Source: Cyclobacteriaceae bacterium
GTDB lineage: Bacteria; Bacteroidota; Bacteroidia; Cytophagales; Cyclobacteriaceae
DNA: 64,000 nt
Assembly: GCA_044221195.1 (NCBI GenBank)
Contig: JBGAPO010000005.1
Span: 35,481 to 99,480, forward strand
Reading direction: 5' to 3'
In this document: in pieces, positions 18,194 through 26,956 of the stretch
Numbering within the stretch: the first letter of the stretch is position 1
How the letters are laid out: each line of letters begins with the position of its first letter
Made by a program: the position numbers and the translations under genes
The notes under the pieces: generated by a model
The model's input: only the letters and a program-made list of their open reading frames with translations
What the model was told of the DNA's origin: nothing
Databases searched by the model: none

Positions 18194-18754
18194 TCAGTTG
18201 TTAATCTTGTCGAGCAACTGTTCATCGAGGGGCTGCACGCCCGACTTAAAGAATACCACGGTGTTACCGTCCTCGCTGACGAGGTACTTGGCAAAATTCC
18301 AGTCGGGCTTGTGGCCCGTCTTGCTTTGCAGCCACTGGTAGAGCGGATGCTGGTCGCCGCCTTTGACGGAAACCTTTTCGAACATCTGGAACTTCACGCC
18401 GTAGTTGCGCTCACAGAACTCAGCGATCTCCTCGTTCGTGCCTGGCTCCTGCCACAGGAAGTTGTTGGCGGGGAATCCCAGCACGATCACCTTCCCGCCG
18501 TACTGCTCATGCAGTTTTTCCAGGCCGGCATACTGCGGAGTCTTTCCGCATTTCGAGGCCGTATTGACGATAAGCAACTTATGTCCCTTGTACTGTGCGA
18601 AGTCGATCTCCTTGCCGTCGAGACTCTTGAGCTTGAAGTCGTAGATAGAGCCCGCCACGGGCCCTTTGGGAGAAGAGAAAGAGTCGGATAAAAATGCGCC
18701 GAGGCCCATGATGGTGATGATGAGTGCGAGAAAAAACAGTCGTTTAGATTTCAT
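18194..18754 (-). CDS. glutathione peroxidase family protein (Cys-type), membrane-anchored or secreted
   Basis: Contains NTASKCGKTPQY, LGFPANNF and WNFAKYLV. Has an N-terminal hydrophobic anchor. Confidence 0.85.
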   Translation of the reverse strand: MKSKRLFFLALIITIMGLGAFLSDSFSSPKGPVAGSIYDFKLKSLDGKEIDFAQYKGHKLLIVNTASKCGKTPQYAGLEKLHEQYGGKVIVLGFPANNFLWQEPGTNEEIAEFCERNYGVKFQMFEKVSVKGGDQHPLYQWLQSKTGHKPDWNFAKYLVSEDGNTVVFFKSGVQPLDEQLLDKINN

Positions 18755-19241
18755 CCAGAATTTCTTTCGACATCGGGCTCACCTTCTGGTTGAAGAATTT
18801 CACCGTGCCGTCGGGCTTGACGATATACTTGCAGAAGTTCCAGCTCGGTTCCTGGCCCGTCTTCTCTTTCAGCCAGGTGTAGAGCGGGTGTTGGTCATCG
18901 CCGATGACGGATATCTTTTCGAACATCTGGAACGTGACGCCGTACTCCTTGGAGCAGAACTCAGCGATCTCGGCATTGGTGCCGGGCTCCTGGCCGCGGA
19001 AATTGTTGGCCGGAAATCCGAGGATAACCACGCGTTTGCCGTACATCTCATGAAGTTTCTGCAGGTCGGCGTACTGGGGCGTGTAACCACACTTGGAGGC
19101 GACGTTGACGATCATCACCGTCTTGCCCTTGTACTGGCTCAGGTCGATCATCTTCCCGTCAATCGAGTTGACTTTCAGGTCATACATGGAACCCGCCCCG
19201 GTAGTCCAGGCGGCAAGAAACAGGAGGAGAATGGCTTTCAT
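18744..19241 (-). CDS. glutathione peroxidase family protein (Cys-type), secreted; tandem paralog
   Basis: ORF 18744..19292 trimmed to MKAILLLFLAAWTTGAGS. Contains NVASKCGYTPQY, LGFPANNF and WNFCKYIV. Its stop overlaps the downstream paralog start by 11 nt. Confidence 0.8.
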   Translation of the reverse strand: MKAILLLFLAAWTTGAGSMYDLKVNSIDGKMIDLSQYKGKTVMIVNVASKCGYTPQYADLQKLHEMYGKRVVILGFPANNFRGQEPGTNAEIAEFCSKEYGVTFQMFEKISVIGDDQHPLYTWLKEKTGQEPSWNFCKYIVKPDGTVKFFNQKVSPMSKEILDEI

Positions 19242-19401
19242 AAGGGTTTGAGGTTTTGAAGGAAACAAATATGAGGGGGAAAAGTTCTGCAAAAGATGAC
19301 CAAGGAAGGCACAGATTTACACCAATGGGCATGAAAGCCGCTTCGCCAGCCTTAAATGCAAGTCCCCCATTCCGCGCGAAGCGAGAAAAGGTACTCAAGT
19401 C

Positions 19402-20733
19402 TCAGGCTATCCCTTCCAACGCCTTAATCACCTCATCCACCTCCGCTTCATTGTTGACGATGGACGGAGTAAGGCGGGCATAAATGGCTTTGTATGGGGT
19501 CACTGATGCGGTGATATTCTTTGCCAGCAGTCGTTTAACGGTTTCTTCAGCCGATTGACCTTTAACAAGGAAGCAGTTGATGCCGGCGGAAAGCGATTCA
19601 TCGATCGGCGTCAGCAGCTGTATGTGGGCCATGGACTTCAACCCTTCCTTCAGTCGTTTGCTGAGGGCATGCGTACGTTCTTCAACACGGCTCTTCCCGA
19701 TAGTGAGCTGCCACTGGAATGCGTCAGCGAGTGACCACCGATGTTCAAAACTGTGGAAGCCGCCCGGGGTGCACAAATCCGCGAAAGAGAATTCCTTTTT
19801 TGAAGTATCTCCCATCCAGGCCGCCGCTACACCCATCCATGCACCATAGGGGCCGAACTCGAACGGCGGAATAATCGGCGCGATCATATCCCAGGCATCC
19901 TTGCGGGCAAAGAATACCCCGGTGCCCCGAGGTCCGAATATCCACTTGTGTGTGCCGGCAACGAAAAAATCGCAGCCAATATCCGCCAGGTTTGTATTCT
20001 CAACGCCGAATCCGTGAACGCCATCGACGCAAAAGTAGATGCGATCGGCGGCCGACCGGGTTCCGTTCGCCTCCTTAACCATCTTTGCAATCTCTTTGAT
20101 AGGCGTCTTCACCCCTGTCCAGGAGTGCACATGCGTGACGGCAACAATGCGCGTCTTTGCGGTGACCGCCTTCTTCAACACACCGACCATTTCATCCACA
20201 CTGGCGAGTGCAGGATCATCATACATACTCACGCGCTTCAGGACGGCGCCCGACCTTGCCGTAGCAAACTCCAGGGCTTTCTCTGTTGAATAGTGATCAT
20301 GTGTAGTCGTTAGGATCTCCTCACCGGGTTTCAGTTTCAGCCCGCTGTACATCATGGCAAGTCCCATGGTGGTGCTGTCGGTGAGTACAATCTCTTCCGG
20401 AAGGACACCCATATATTCGCCGGCCTTTGCCCGCACGGCATTCTCAAAGGCACCAACATTATTTTCATAATAATCGACCGGGTTGGCATCGAGTTCATTC
20501 CGGTGCTTCTCAATGGCGTCGCGTACCGGTTTGGGGTGCGACGCGAGCAGCATCTGGGTCATGTGGATGCGTCCGGGAGCGAGATTGAACTGCTTCCGTA
20601 TATCGTCCCATGTTTCAAATGAGACCGGCCCCGAGCCGGCCGCATCGGTTGCAGCGGCTGGCTTACTGCACTGCACGAGGAGCGTTCCTGCTCCTGCAAC
20701 GGCTGAATTGAAAAGGAATTTGCGGCGATCCAT
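19402..20733 (-). CDS. class V aminotransferase-fold PLP enzyme with a twin-arginine (Tat) signal
   Basis: ORF trimmed to ATG 20733, giving MDRRKFLFNSAVAGAGTLLV (RRxFL Tat motif). PLP-Lys context FVAGTHKWIFGPRG. Resembles the isopenicillin-N-epimerase / cysteine-desulfurase-like family. Confidence 0.75.
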   Translation of the reverse strand: MDRRKFLFNSAVAGAGTLLVQCSKPAAATDAAGSGPVSFETWDDIRKQFNLAPGRIHMTQMLLASHPKPVRDAIEKHRNELDANPVDYYENNVGAFENAVRAKAGEYMGVLPEEIVLTDSTTMGLAMMYSGLKLKPGEEILTTTHDHYSTEKALEFATARSGAVLKRVSMYDDPALASVDEMVGVLKKAVTAKTRIVAVTHVHSWTGVKTPIKEIAKMVKEANGTRSAADRIYFCVDGVHGFGVENTNLADIGCDFFVAGTHKWIFGPRGTGVFFARKDAWDMIAPIIPPFEFGPYGAWMGVAAAWMGDTSKKEFSFADLCTPGGFHSFEHRWSLADAFQWQLTIGKSRVEERTHALSKRLKEGLKSMAHIQLLTPIDESLSAGINCFLVKGQSAEETVKRLLAKNITASVTPYKAIYARLTPSIVNNEAEVDEVIKALEGIA

Positions 20734-20873
20734 ATTGATATTGTGGCTGGTGGTTATTGAGATTTTGAAGATAATAAAAATCGAGATAGCCATTTCAGGG
20801 TTTCGGTAGAACGCGGAGAGTGGCTACTTTTAATCCTTGCCGGCAGGCCAGGGTGCCATAAGACACGATAATC

Positions 20874-22172
20874 ATGAGACACGATCAGTTCACCTCTCGC
20901 ATGGCGGCGATTCTTACCCTGCTGGGTGTTGCGATCGGTCTGGGCAACGTGTGGCGATTTCCCTACATGATGGGAAAGTACGGCGGGAGCGCCTTTCTCA
21001 TCACCTACCTGATCCTCACCTTCATCTTCGCCTTCCCCGCCCTCATCGCCGAGATGAGCTTGGGGAGGATGAGCCGTCGCGGCACGATCGCGGCTTTCCA
21101 AACCGGATTCGGAAAAAGCGGCGGTCGGGTCGTGGGGTATTTCTTCACCATCGTTGTCACCATCGCAGGGTCTTACTACGCCGTGGTCGTGGCCAACGTT
21201 CTCTTCACGGCATGCTTCGCTCTCGCTCCGGGTTTTTCTCCCGCTGCAAACAAAAATTACAATGCGTTGCTGGCGAACCCGGCCCTCCAATATGGGCTTA
21301 CCCTGCTGCTCATCCTCCTCGCGGCGCTCATGATCCGCCAAGGCCTGGTGGCGGGCATCGAACGGTTCAGCAGGCGCTTCATGCCATTGTTCTTTCTCGC
21401 CCTGGTGTATATGATCATCCATGCGCTCACGCTGCCGGGGGCCGTGGACAAGTTTGCCGAGTTTCTCCGCCCTGATTTTAACCAATTGGGTGTGCGGGAG
21501 ATCTTCGCCGCGCTCGGGCAGGCTTTCTTCTCCGTGGGACTGGGCGGCACTTTCATTGTCGTATATGCCGGATACCTGGGAAGTCATGAGAAGATTCCCG
21601 GAGTCGCTTTCTTCACCGCTTTCGGCGATGCAGGAGCATCACTCCTTTTCAGCCTCTTCCTGATTCCTTCGATCCTCGTCTTTGGTCTTGACATGACACA
21701 GGGCCCGCGATTGATCTTTCACACATTCCCCGAACTCTTCTCCGCCATGCAGGGCGGCCGGGTTGTCGCCCCACTGTTTTTGTTTCCCATCGCCATTGTC
21801 GCTTTCCTTTCGCTGGTGGCCGCCTACCAGGTTCCCTATGCCACCTTGACCAGCGAGTGGCCGAAAGCCAGGCCTTCAACGTTGTTGACCGTCATTGCCG
21901 TCGTGCAAGTGGTACTCGCCATACCCAGCACGCTGTCGCCGTCGCTTATCGGCTACCTTGACCTGATCTTCGGTTCGGGCATGCAGGTACTGGGCAGCGC
22001 GTTCTGCGTCGTGTGCCTCACGTGGGGGTTGTCGCGCGCCACCGCACTTCGGGAGATGTTCAACACCGAACAATCGCCGTGGCACCACCGGCTCATTTAC
22101 TTCTGGATCCGCTGGATTCTGCCGCTGGCCTTGATCTCTGTGCTGGTGTCGTATATCCTTGATGTGGTTTAG
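20874..22172 (+). CDS. sodium-dependent transporter, neurotransmitter:sodium symporter (NSS/SNF) family
   Basis: Has the hallmark N-terminus LLGVAIGLGNVWRFPYMMGKYGGSAFL. About 11-12 hydrophobic segments. Confidence 0.85.
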   Translation: MRHDQFTSRMAAILTLLGVAIGLGNVWRFPYMMGKYGGSAFLITYLILTFIFAFPALIAEMSLGRMSRRGTIAAFQTGFGKSGGRVVGYFFTIVVTIAGSYYAVVVANVLFTACFALAPGFSPAANKNYNALLANPALQYGLTLLLILLAALMIRQGLVAGIERFSRRFMPLFFLALVYMIIHALTLPGAVDKFAEFLRPDFNQLGVREIFAALGQAFFSVGLGGTFIVVYAGYLGSHEKIPGVAFFTAFGDAGASLLFSLFLIPSILVFGLDMTQGPRLIFHTFPELFSAMQGGRVVAPLFLFPIAIVAFLSLVAAYQVPYATLTSEWPKARPSTLLTVIAVVQVVLAIPSTLSPSLIGYLDLIFGSGMQVLGSAFCVVCLTWGLSRATALREMFNTEQSPWHHRLIYFWIRWILPLALISVLVSYILDVV

Positions 22173-22211
22173 TGGAATTACATTAACTTTCTTTTCCAAC
22201 TTCATTCCGAT

Positions 22212-22676
22212 ATGAAAGATTTCAAGAAGCAAAGCGACAACATCCAGCTCAACGCGGTGGAAGATCATAACGGGATTACCACCATTCGGGGCGGCGGCGA
22301 CAAGCGCGATTGGAACGGTATCCACTATAAACAAGGAATGTCGTCGAAGAACGTTGGCTCGACAAACCTATCGGTTAACATCGCCACCATTCCTCCCGGC
22401 GGCGTGGCCTATGCACACATTCACGACGGATTTGAAGTGATGCTGTACATTTTGGAAGGCCGGGTCCGTCACGAATTTGGCCATCAACTCAAAGAAGTAC
22501 TTGAAAACAAAGCCGGCGACTTCATCTACATCAAACAGGGCGTGCCGCACGAAGTCTTCAATATGAGCGACACCGATCCCGTGGTCGCATTTGTGGCGAG
22601 ATCCAGCGCCGAAGAATGGGATAAGATCGTTCCCTATGACCGCGAAAAAGGTGAAGTACTCTGGCACCTTAAATAA
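22212..22676 (+). CDS. cupin domain protein
   Basis: 154 aa. Metal-site pattern AHIHDGFEV ... GVPHEVFN (HxH..E ... H). Confidence 0.7.
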   Translation: MKDFKKQSDNIQLNAVEDHNGITTIRGGGDKRDWNGIHYKQGMSSKNVGSTNLSVNIATIPPGGVAYAHIHDGFEVMLYILEGRVRHEFGHQLKEVLENKAGDFIYIKQGVPHEVFNMSDTDPVVAFVARSSAEEWDKIVPYDREKGEVLWHLK

Positions 22677-22719
22677 ACCAGCTAACACAGAAACTCGTCC
22701 AACACAACAATACATCTCC

Positions 22720-23799
22720 ATGGATCAGCAAGGCGGCATAGAAGCGCTCAACCAGGAATTCAAGCGCTACGAGCAGGTGACGAAAGATCAGTCGTACCAC
22801 TTGTCGGAGAAATCCGACGAGGACCTGTTTGACGACCAGTATGTCATCCGCACATGCGACATGAGTCTTTACTTCCACGGCGGCGAAGAGGGGAAGCGGC
22901 AATTTGCCCAGCAGTTGGGGGAAGCCATGCGCGGCATTGGCTTTGCCATCCTGACCAACCATGGCGTGGATCCGGCGTTGTATGAAGAGGCGGAAAAGAA
23001 AACCGCCGAACTGTTTGAGTCTACTACCCGTGAGGAGCGCATGAAATACCACGCTCAGCGGGTTGGTTCCGTAAACCAGGGTTACTTCCCGATCAAGGAA
23101 ACGACCATTATTCATCCCGATCTCGTGGAAGGCTGGGTGTTTTGCCGCCGGGCTTTCGACCTCGATGGTAAGACCGGCTATAAGGAGTCAGACTTCTGGC
23201 CGCGCCCCGGATACGAACCCTTCTTCCGCCAAGTGGTGATCGAGCACGAGAAACTTATCCTTCCCCTCATGCAGAGTATTCTCACGTACCTGGGATGCGA
23301 TGCACATTTGTACGACAAGAAGTTCACGCGCACCAACTTCGGCTTTCGCCTGAACTACTACCCCGCCCTCTCGGCCGATGACGAAGCTTCCGGCGGCGGA
23401 CGCATGCTGGGCCACGAAGACGTGGATTTCTTCACAATTCTTCCAGCCCAGTCAGTTGACGGCCTGCAGGTGCTTAACCGCGAGAACATGAAGTGGATAC
23501 GCCTCAACGCCCCGAAGGGAAGCATCGTTCTCAACACCGGCGATTATATGCAGCGCGTGACCAACGACCTCCTCCCTTCTACCACCCACCGCGTGAGCAA
23601 GCCCCGCAACAAATCGCTCTATGGGAAGCCCCGCATTAGTTTTCCCATGGCAGTTTACGTCTGGGAAGAGGAGATACTCGAAGTACTCCCCAACACCGGC
23701 ATCCCGAAGTATGAGCCCATCCGCGCTGAAACGTTCCATACAAGAATTACCAGCAAGTATTACGGCGATGATTATGCAAAGGAAGTAAAGGGGTCGTAA
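22720..23799 (+). CDS. 2-oxoglutarate/Fe(II)-dependent oxygenase (isopenicillin N synthase-like family)
   Basis: ORF 22591..23799 trimmed to ATG 22720 (MDQQGGIEAL). The facial triad is GHEDVDF (HxD) and STTHRVSKP (H plus RxS). Confidence 0.8.
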   Translation: MDQQGGIEALNQEFKRYEQVTKDQSYHLSEKSDEDLFDDQYVIRTCDMSLYFHGGEEGKRQFAQQLGEAMRGIGFAILTNHGVDPALYEEAEKKTAELFESTTREERMKYHAQRVGSVNQGYFPIKETTIIHPDLVEGWVFCRRAFDLDGKTGYKESDFWPRPGYEPFFRQVVIEHEKLILPLMQSILTYLGCDAHLYDKKFTRTNFGFRLNYYPALSADDEASGGGRMLGHEDVDFFTILPAQSVDGLQVLNRENMKWIRLNAPKGSIVLNTGDYMQRVTNDLLPSTTHRVSKPRNKSLYGKPRISFPMAVYVWEEEILEVLPNTGIPKYEPIRAETFHTRITSKYYGDDYAKEVKGS

Positions 23800-23859
23800 G
23801 GCTCCCGGACGATAAACTTCAAACCTGTTTCTTGACGACAACTAATTTCACCAATCCGC

Positions 23860-24807
23860 ATGACTAAGGTACTATCCCTATTCCTGTTCACATTATTGTG
23901 CTTGAGTTGTACCCAGAAGGAATCCTCATCGGATCCTGAAACCATTGTCAAAGACGATGCATTCCGGGCCGGGATAAAGACGGGTGCCTTTGTGAAGTTG
24001 AGTGCGGGCTATACCTATTATGAATTTGCCAATCCGAAGTCCGATACGGTTGTTGTGCTCGTCCATGGTTTTTCTGTTCCCTCCTACATTTGGGACTCCA
24101 CATTCAATGCCGCCGTGAAGCGGGGCTACGCGGCGCTGCGGTATGACACTTACGGCCGCGGGTACTCCGACAATCCGGATGTGGTGTATGACGTGGCGCT
24201 CTTCTCCCAGCAACTCAGCGAGCTGCTCGATGCGGTGCACATCGACAAGCCCATCAACCTCCTGGGACTGTCGGACGGGGGCCGCACCATTTCCGCCTTC
24301 GCCTTTCAGTACCCTGAACGCGTCCGTTACCTGGTCTACGTCGACGCAGCGGGATTTGAGACGCCCACACCGAGAGACAGCACCGCCTCCACGATGGTAT
24401 CGGAGGAAGATATCCGTGCCTTTAAGCAAAGCGAGCGCTACCAGCACATGGCGGCCGGCCAGCTGGGCGATTTCTACGATTCCACCCACTTTCGCGGCTG
24501 GGACAAAAAATACGCCGAGGTCATGAAGTACAAGGGATTTGTTCGCGCGTTGATATCAACCGGAAAGAACCGCACCTCACTGGAGAATGAACAGCGCCGC
24601 ATCGCTGCTTCGGGAATTCCCGTTTTCGCTTTTTGGGGTGAGTTTGATAATGTCGTCAAACTCAATGATGTGGCGGCCAACCTGAAGGATCGCTTTCCCA
24701 AGATCGAACTGTTCGTCATTCCGAAGGCGGGACATCTGCCGCACATGGAGCAGGCAGCCATGTTCAACTCGATCCTGTTTGATCAGGTTCTTTGTTGTAA
24801 GCGTTAG
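23860..24807 (+). CDS. alpha/beta hydrolase, lipoprotein
   Basis: Signal peptide and lipobox FTLLCLSC. Contains VVLVHGFSVPS, a nucleophile elbow LLGLSDGG and the C-terminal GHLPHMEQ. Confidence 0.75.
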   Translation: MTKVLSLFLFTLLCLSCTQKESSSDPETIVKDDAFRAGIKTGAFVKLSAGYTYYEFANPKSDTVVVLVHGFSVPSYIWDSTFNAAVKRGYAALRYDTYGRGYSDNPDVVYDVALFSQQLSELLDAVHIDKPINLLGLSDGGRTISAFAFQYPERVRYLVYVDAAGFETPTPRDSTASTMVSEEDIRAFKQSERYQHMAAGQLGDFYDSTHFRGWDKKYAEVMKYKGFVRALISTGKNRTSLENEQRRIAASGIPVFAFWGEFDNVVKLNDVAANLKDRFPKIELFVIPKAGHLPHMEQAAMFNSILFDQVLCCKR

Positions 24808-24858
24808 TGGCAGTACGCTTTGGTGATTTTCCGTTTACTACCACGTACTACTCACCAT

Positions 24859-25608
24859 TTACGGTTCCTTCAACCTCACCTCCACCCTCCGATTTCTCCT
24901 CCTGCCCTCCTCGGTCCGGTTATCGGCTATGGGCTGTGAGCTTCCAAAACCTTCGAAGTTGATGCGTTCGAATGCGACGCCATGGGCGGTGAGGTAGTCG
25001 GAGACTCCCTCCGCGCGACGGGTGGAAAGCGCTACGTTGTGGTGCTCCGCGCCGGTATTGTCAGTATGGCCGGTAATCGAAACCGTGATGGTGGGGTGCT
25101 TGACGAGAAACTCACTTAGCGTATCCAGGGTGGCGATATGTTGATTGTGGAGTTTGGCGCTGTTCACTTCGAACAGCAGGTCGCCCAGCACGATAAGGCT
25201 GTCGCCGGTAGACAAGACAGGTTGGGGCGGTGCCGGTGCGGGAGCTGACGGCGCGATCACTACTGTATCCTTGCGAATGACAACGGAATCCTTTTTTGCC
25301 GGCTTTGGGCGAGGCTGGGAAAGGTTCTTGTATTCACCCCGCTTGGCGTTCTTGCGGAGGCGCTTCTTAAAGTCCTCAAAACTGATGGCGCGCATGGCCT
25401 TTTTCTTGCCGGACTTCAACCGACACAAATAGTCGAAACAGAGGATGTTCTGAAGAACATAGTGCGGGCTGCCCTTGCCGATGTGCGAAACCATCAGGGG
25501 AACGGGGTCACCGTACTCCCGGCCGGCGTTGACAGGATGAACAACGCCGCGCGAACATGCGGCACAGGCAAAAGCAAGGAGGGCAATTGCCCGGAAGGCG
25601 AAACGCAT
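24859..25608 (-). CDS. OmpA-family (peptidoglycan-binding) lipoprotein
   Basis: ORF 24859..25833 trimmed to ATG 25608 (MRFAFRAIALLAFACAACS). The upstream 75 codons are an artefact of the repeat array (GGSVVGGSVVGRSVVGRSVVG). OmpA_C motif: ITGHTDNTGAEHHNVALSTRRAEGV...NRRVEV. Confidence 0.8.
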   Translation of the reverse strand: MRFAFRAIALLAFACAACSRGVVHPVNAGREYGDPVPLMVSHIGKGSPHYVLQNILCFDYLCRLKSGKKKAMRAISFEDFKKRLRKNAKRGEYKNLSQPRPKPAKKDSVVIRKDTVVIAPSAPAPAPPQPVLSTGDSLIVLGDLLFEVNSAKLHNQHIATLDTLSEFLVKHPTITVSITGHTDNTGAEHHNVALSTRRAEGVSDYLTAHGVAFERINFEGFGSSQPIADNRTEEGRRRNRRVEVRLKEP

Positions 25609-25723
25609 GAGGGGTGGTCGGTACGTCACTAAGAACGAGAGGGTAACCGGTCTGTATGTCCATTTTCCGTCGAGTGGCGGTTGTTGTCGGTGAACTGCCG
25701 GGGCGCACGTTGAACGGCGGTTT

Positions 25724-25868
25724 GTTGGCAATTGGCTGTTAGCTATTGGCGGCACACCGACTACCGACCTACCGACTACCGACCTACCGACCACCGATCC
25801 ACCGACCACCGATCCACCGATCCACCGATCCACTGACCACCGACTTACTGACTACCGACTCACCGATA
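25724..25868. repeat. 4 TTRGC heptads followed by 15 ACCGAY units alternating 7 and 8 nt (15-nt super-period)
   Basis: GTTGGCA ATTGGCT GTTAGCT ATTGGCG comes first. ACCGA/ACTGA then starts at 25756, 763, 771, 778, 786, 793, 801, 808, 816, 824, 832, 839, 847, 854 and 862. Confidence 0.95.
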
Positions 25869-25887
25869 ACCGTTACTATCTTTGCAC

Positions 25888-26904
25888 ATGCTCAACCCAT
25901 TCCCCACCAAAAGTTTTGCTGTCGACCTCGGAAACAACAATACGTTGGTGACCGACAGTCAACAGATACTCCTGGCACAGCCTTCCTATATCGTTTTCAA
26001 TCAGCGCGATAAGTCGGTGCGGGCGGTGGGTGACGAGGCCTACGATATCTTTGAAAAGACGCACGATCAACTCAAACCCGTGCGGCCCCTGCGGTGGGGC
26101 GTCATTGCCGACTATGCCTCCACCACGCTTATGCTTGACCGGATGGTGCGCCAGGTGTACAAGACCAGCGGGCTGTTTTCGCGGTTCGACCGGATTGTAT
26201 CGGGTGTGCCGTACAGCACCACCAACGTTGAGCGACGGGCACTCCGCGACGTGATGGAGCAGTTCCATTCCAGGCAAGTCAACCTGGTCTTTGAACCCCT
26301 CGCTGCCGCCGTCGGTATGGGACTAAACATCCGTGAGCCGGAAGGCAGACTGGTCATTGACATCGGCGGAGGCATCACAGAAATTGTCATTATCTCCCTC
26401 TCGGGCATAGCGGTGTTTGAATCCTTAAAAATAGCCGGCGACAACTTCACGGAGGCAGTTATTGATTACGTCAGGCGAGAACATCACGTCGTCCTGGGTT
26501 GGAAGACGGCCGAACAGGTGAAGATGAAACTCGGCGGCGCCATGCGGTCAACCGAGGGGCTTGCGGAACTCGTGGTCAAGGGCAAAGACCTCGCGGACGG
26601 TATCCCGGTACCGGTAACCTTGCGACACGAAGAGATGGTGGCAGCGCTCGACCCTGCCGTCCGCGCCATTGAAGATAAACTCATCCAGACGCTCGACACG
26701 GCACCCCCGGAACTTGCGGCCGACATTTTTGCCAACGGTATCCACCTCACGGGCGGCAGCGCTCTCCTCCGCGGCATGTCCGACCGACTCAGCCGCACAA
26801 CCGGCCTGACAGTTCACCGCGACCCCACGCCGCTGCTGTCTGTCAGCAAAGGTCTTTCAAAAGTGCTGATGAAGCCGAAAGAGTACGTTTCGGTATTGAG
26901 CTGA
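25888..26904 (+). CDS. MreB/Mbl-like actin-fold ATPase, divergent orphan paralog
   Basis: The track start 25882 is TTG; the first ATG is 25888. Actin-fold motifs are FAVDLGNNNTLV (phosphate 1), VIDIGGGITEIVIIS (phosphate 2) and IHLTGGSALLRG (adenosine). No mreC or mreD lies adjacent. Confidence 0.8.
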   Translation: MLNPFPTKSFAVDLGNNNTLVTDSQQILLAQPSYIVFNQRDKSVRAVGDEAYDIFEKTHDQLKPVRPLRWGVIADYASTTLMLDRMVRQVYKTSGLFSRFDRIVSGVPYSTTNVERRALRDVMEQFHSRQVNLVFEPLAAAVGMGLNIREPEGRLVIDIGGGITEIVIISLSGIAVFESLKIAGDNFTEAVIDYVRREHHVVLGWKTAEQVKMKLGGAMRSTEGLAELVVKGKDLADGIPVPVTLRHEEMVAALDPAVRAIEDKLIQTLDTAPPELAADIFANGIHLTGGSALLRGMSDRLSRTTGLTVHRDPTPLLSVSKGLSKVLMKPKEYVSVLS

Positions 26905-26946
26905 GTTGGGATTGGCTCATTGGCCTTTGGCTTTTGGCCGTTAACA
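26905..26946. repeat. about 6 TTGGC-core heptads between convergent mreB-like and argS
   Basis: GTTGGGA TTGGCTC ATTGGCC TTTGGCT TTTGGCC GTTAACA, starting immediately after the stop at 26904. Confidence 0.9.
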
Positions 26947-26956
26947 GTTCTGGGAA

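Noticed and set aside
18744-18754. Possible selenocysteine or recoding in the GPx paralogs.
   Set aside because: Both genes encode Cys (TGY) at the active-site position within NxASKCG, with no in-frame TGA. The 11-nt overlap is an ordinary stop/start overlap.
19402-23799. Beta-lactam (penicillin/cephalosporin) biosynthetic cluster, suggested by an IPNS-family oxygenase plus an IPN-epimerase-like PLP enzyme.
   Set aside because: No ACV synthetase or NRPS, no expandase or acyltransferase, and no resistance or export genes typical of such clusters. The presence of an NSS importer fits catabolism or tailoring of an imported compound better.
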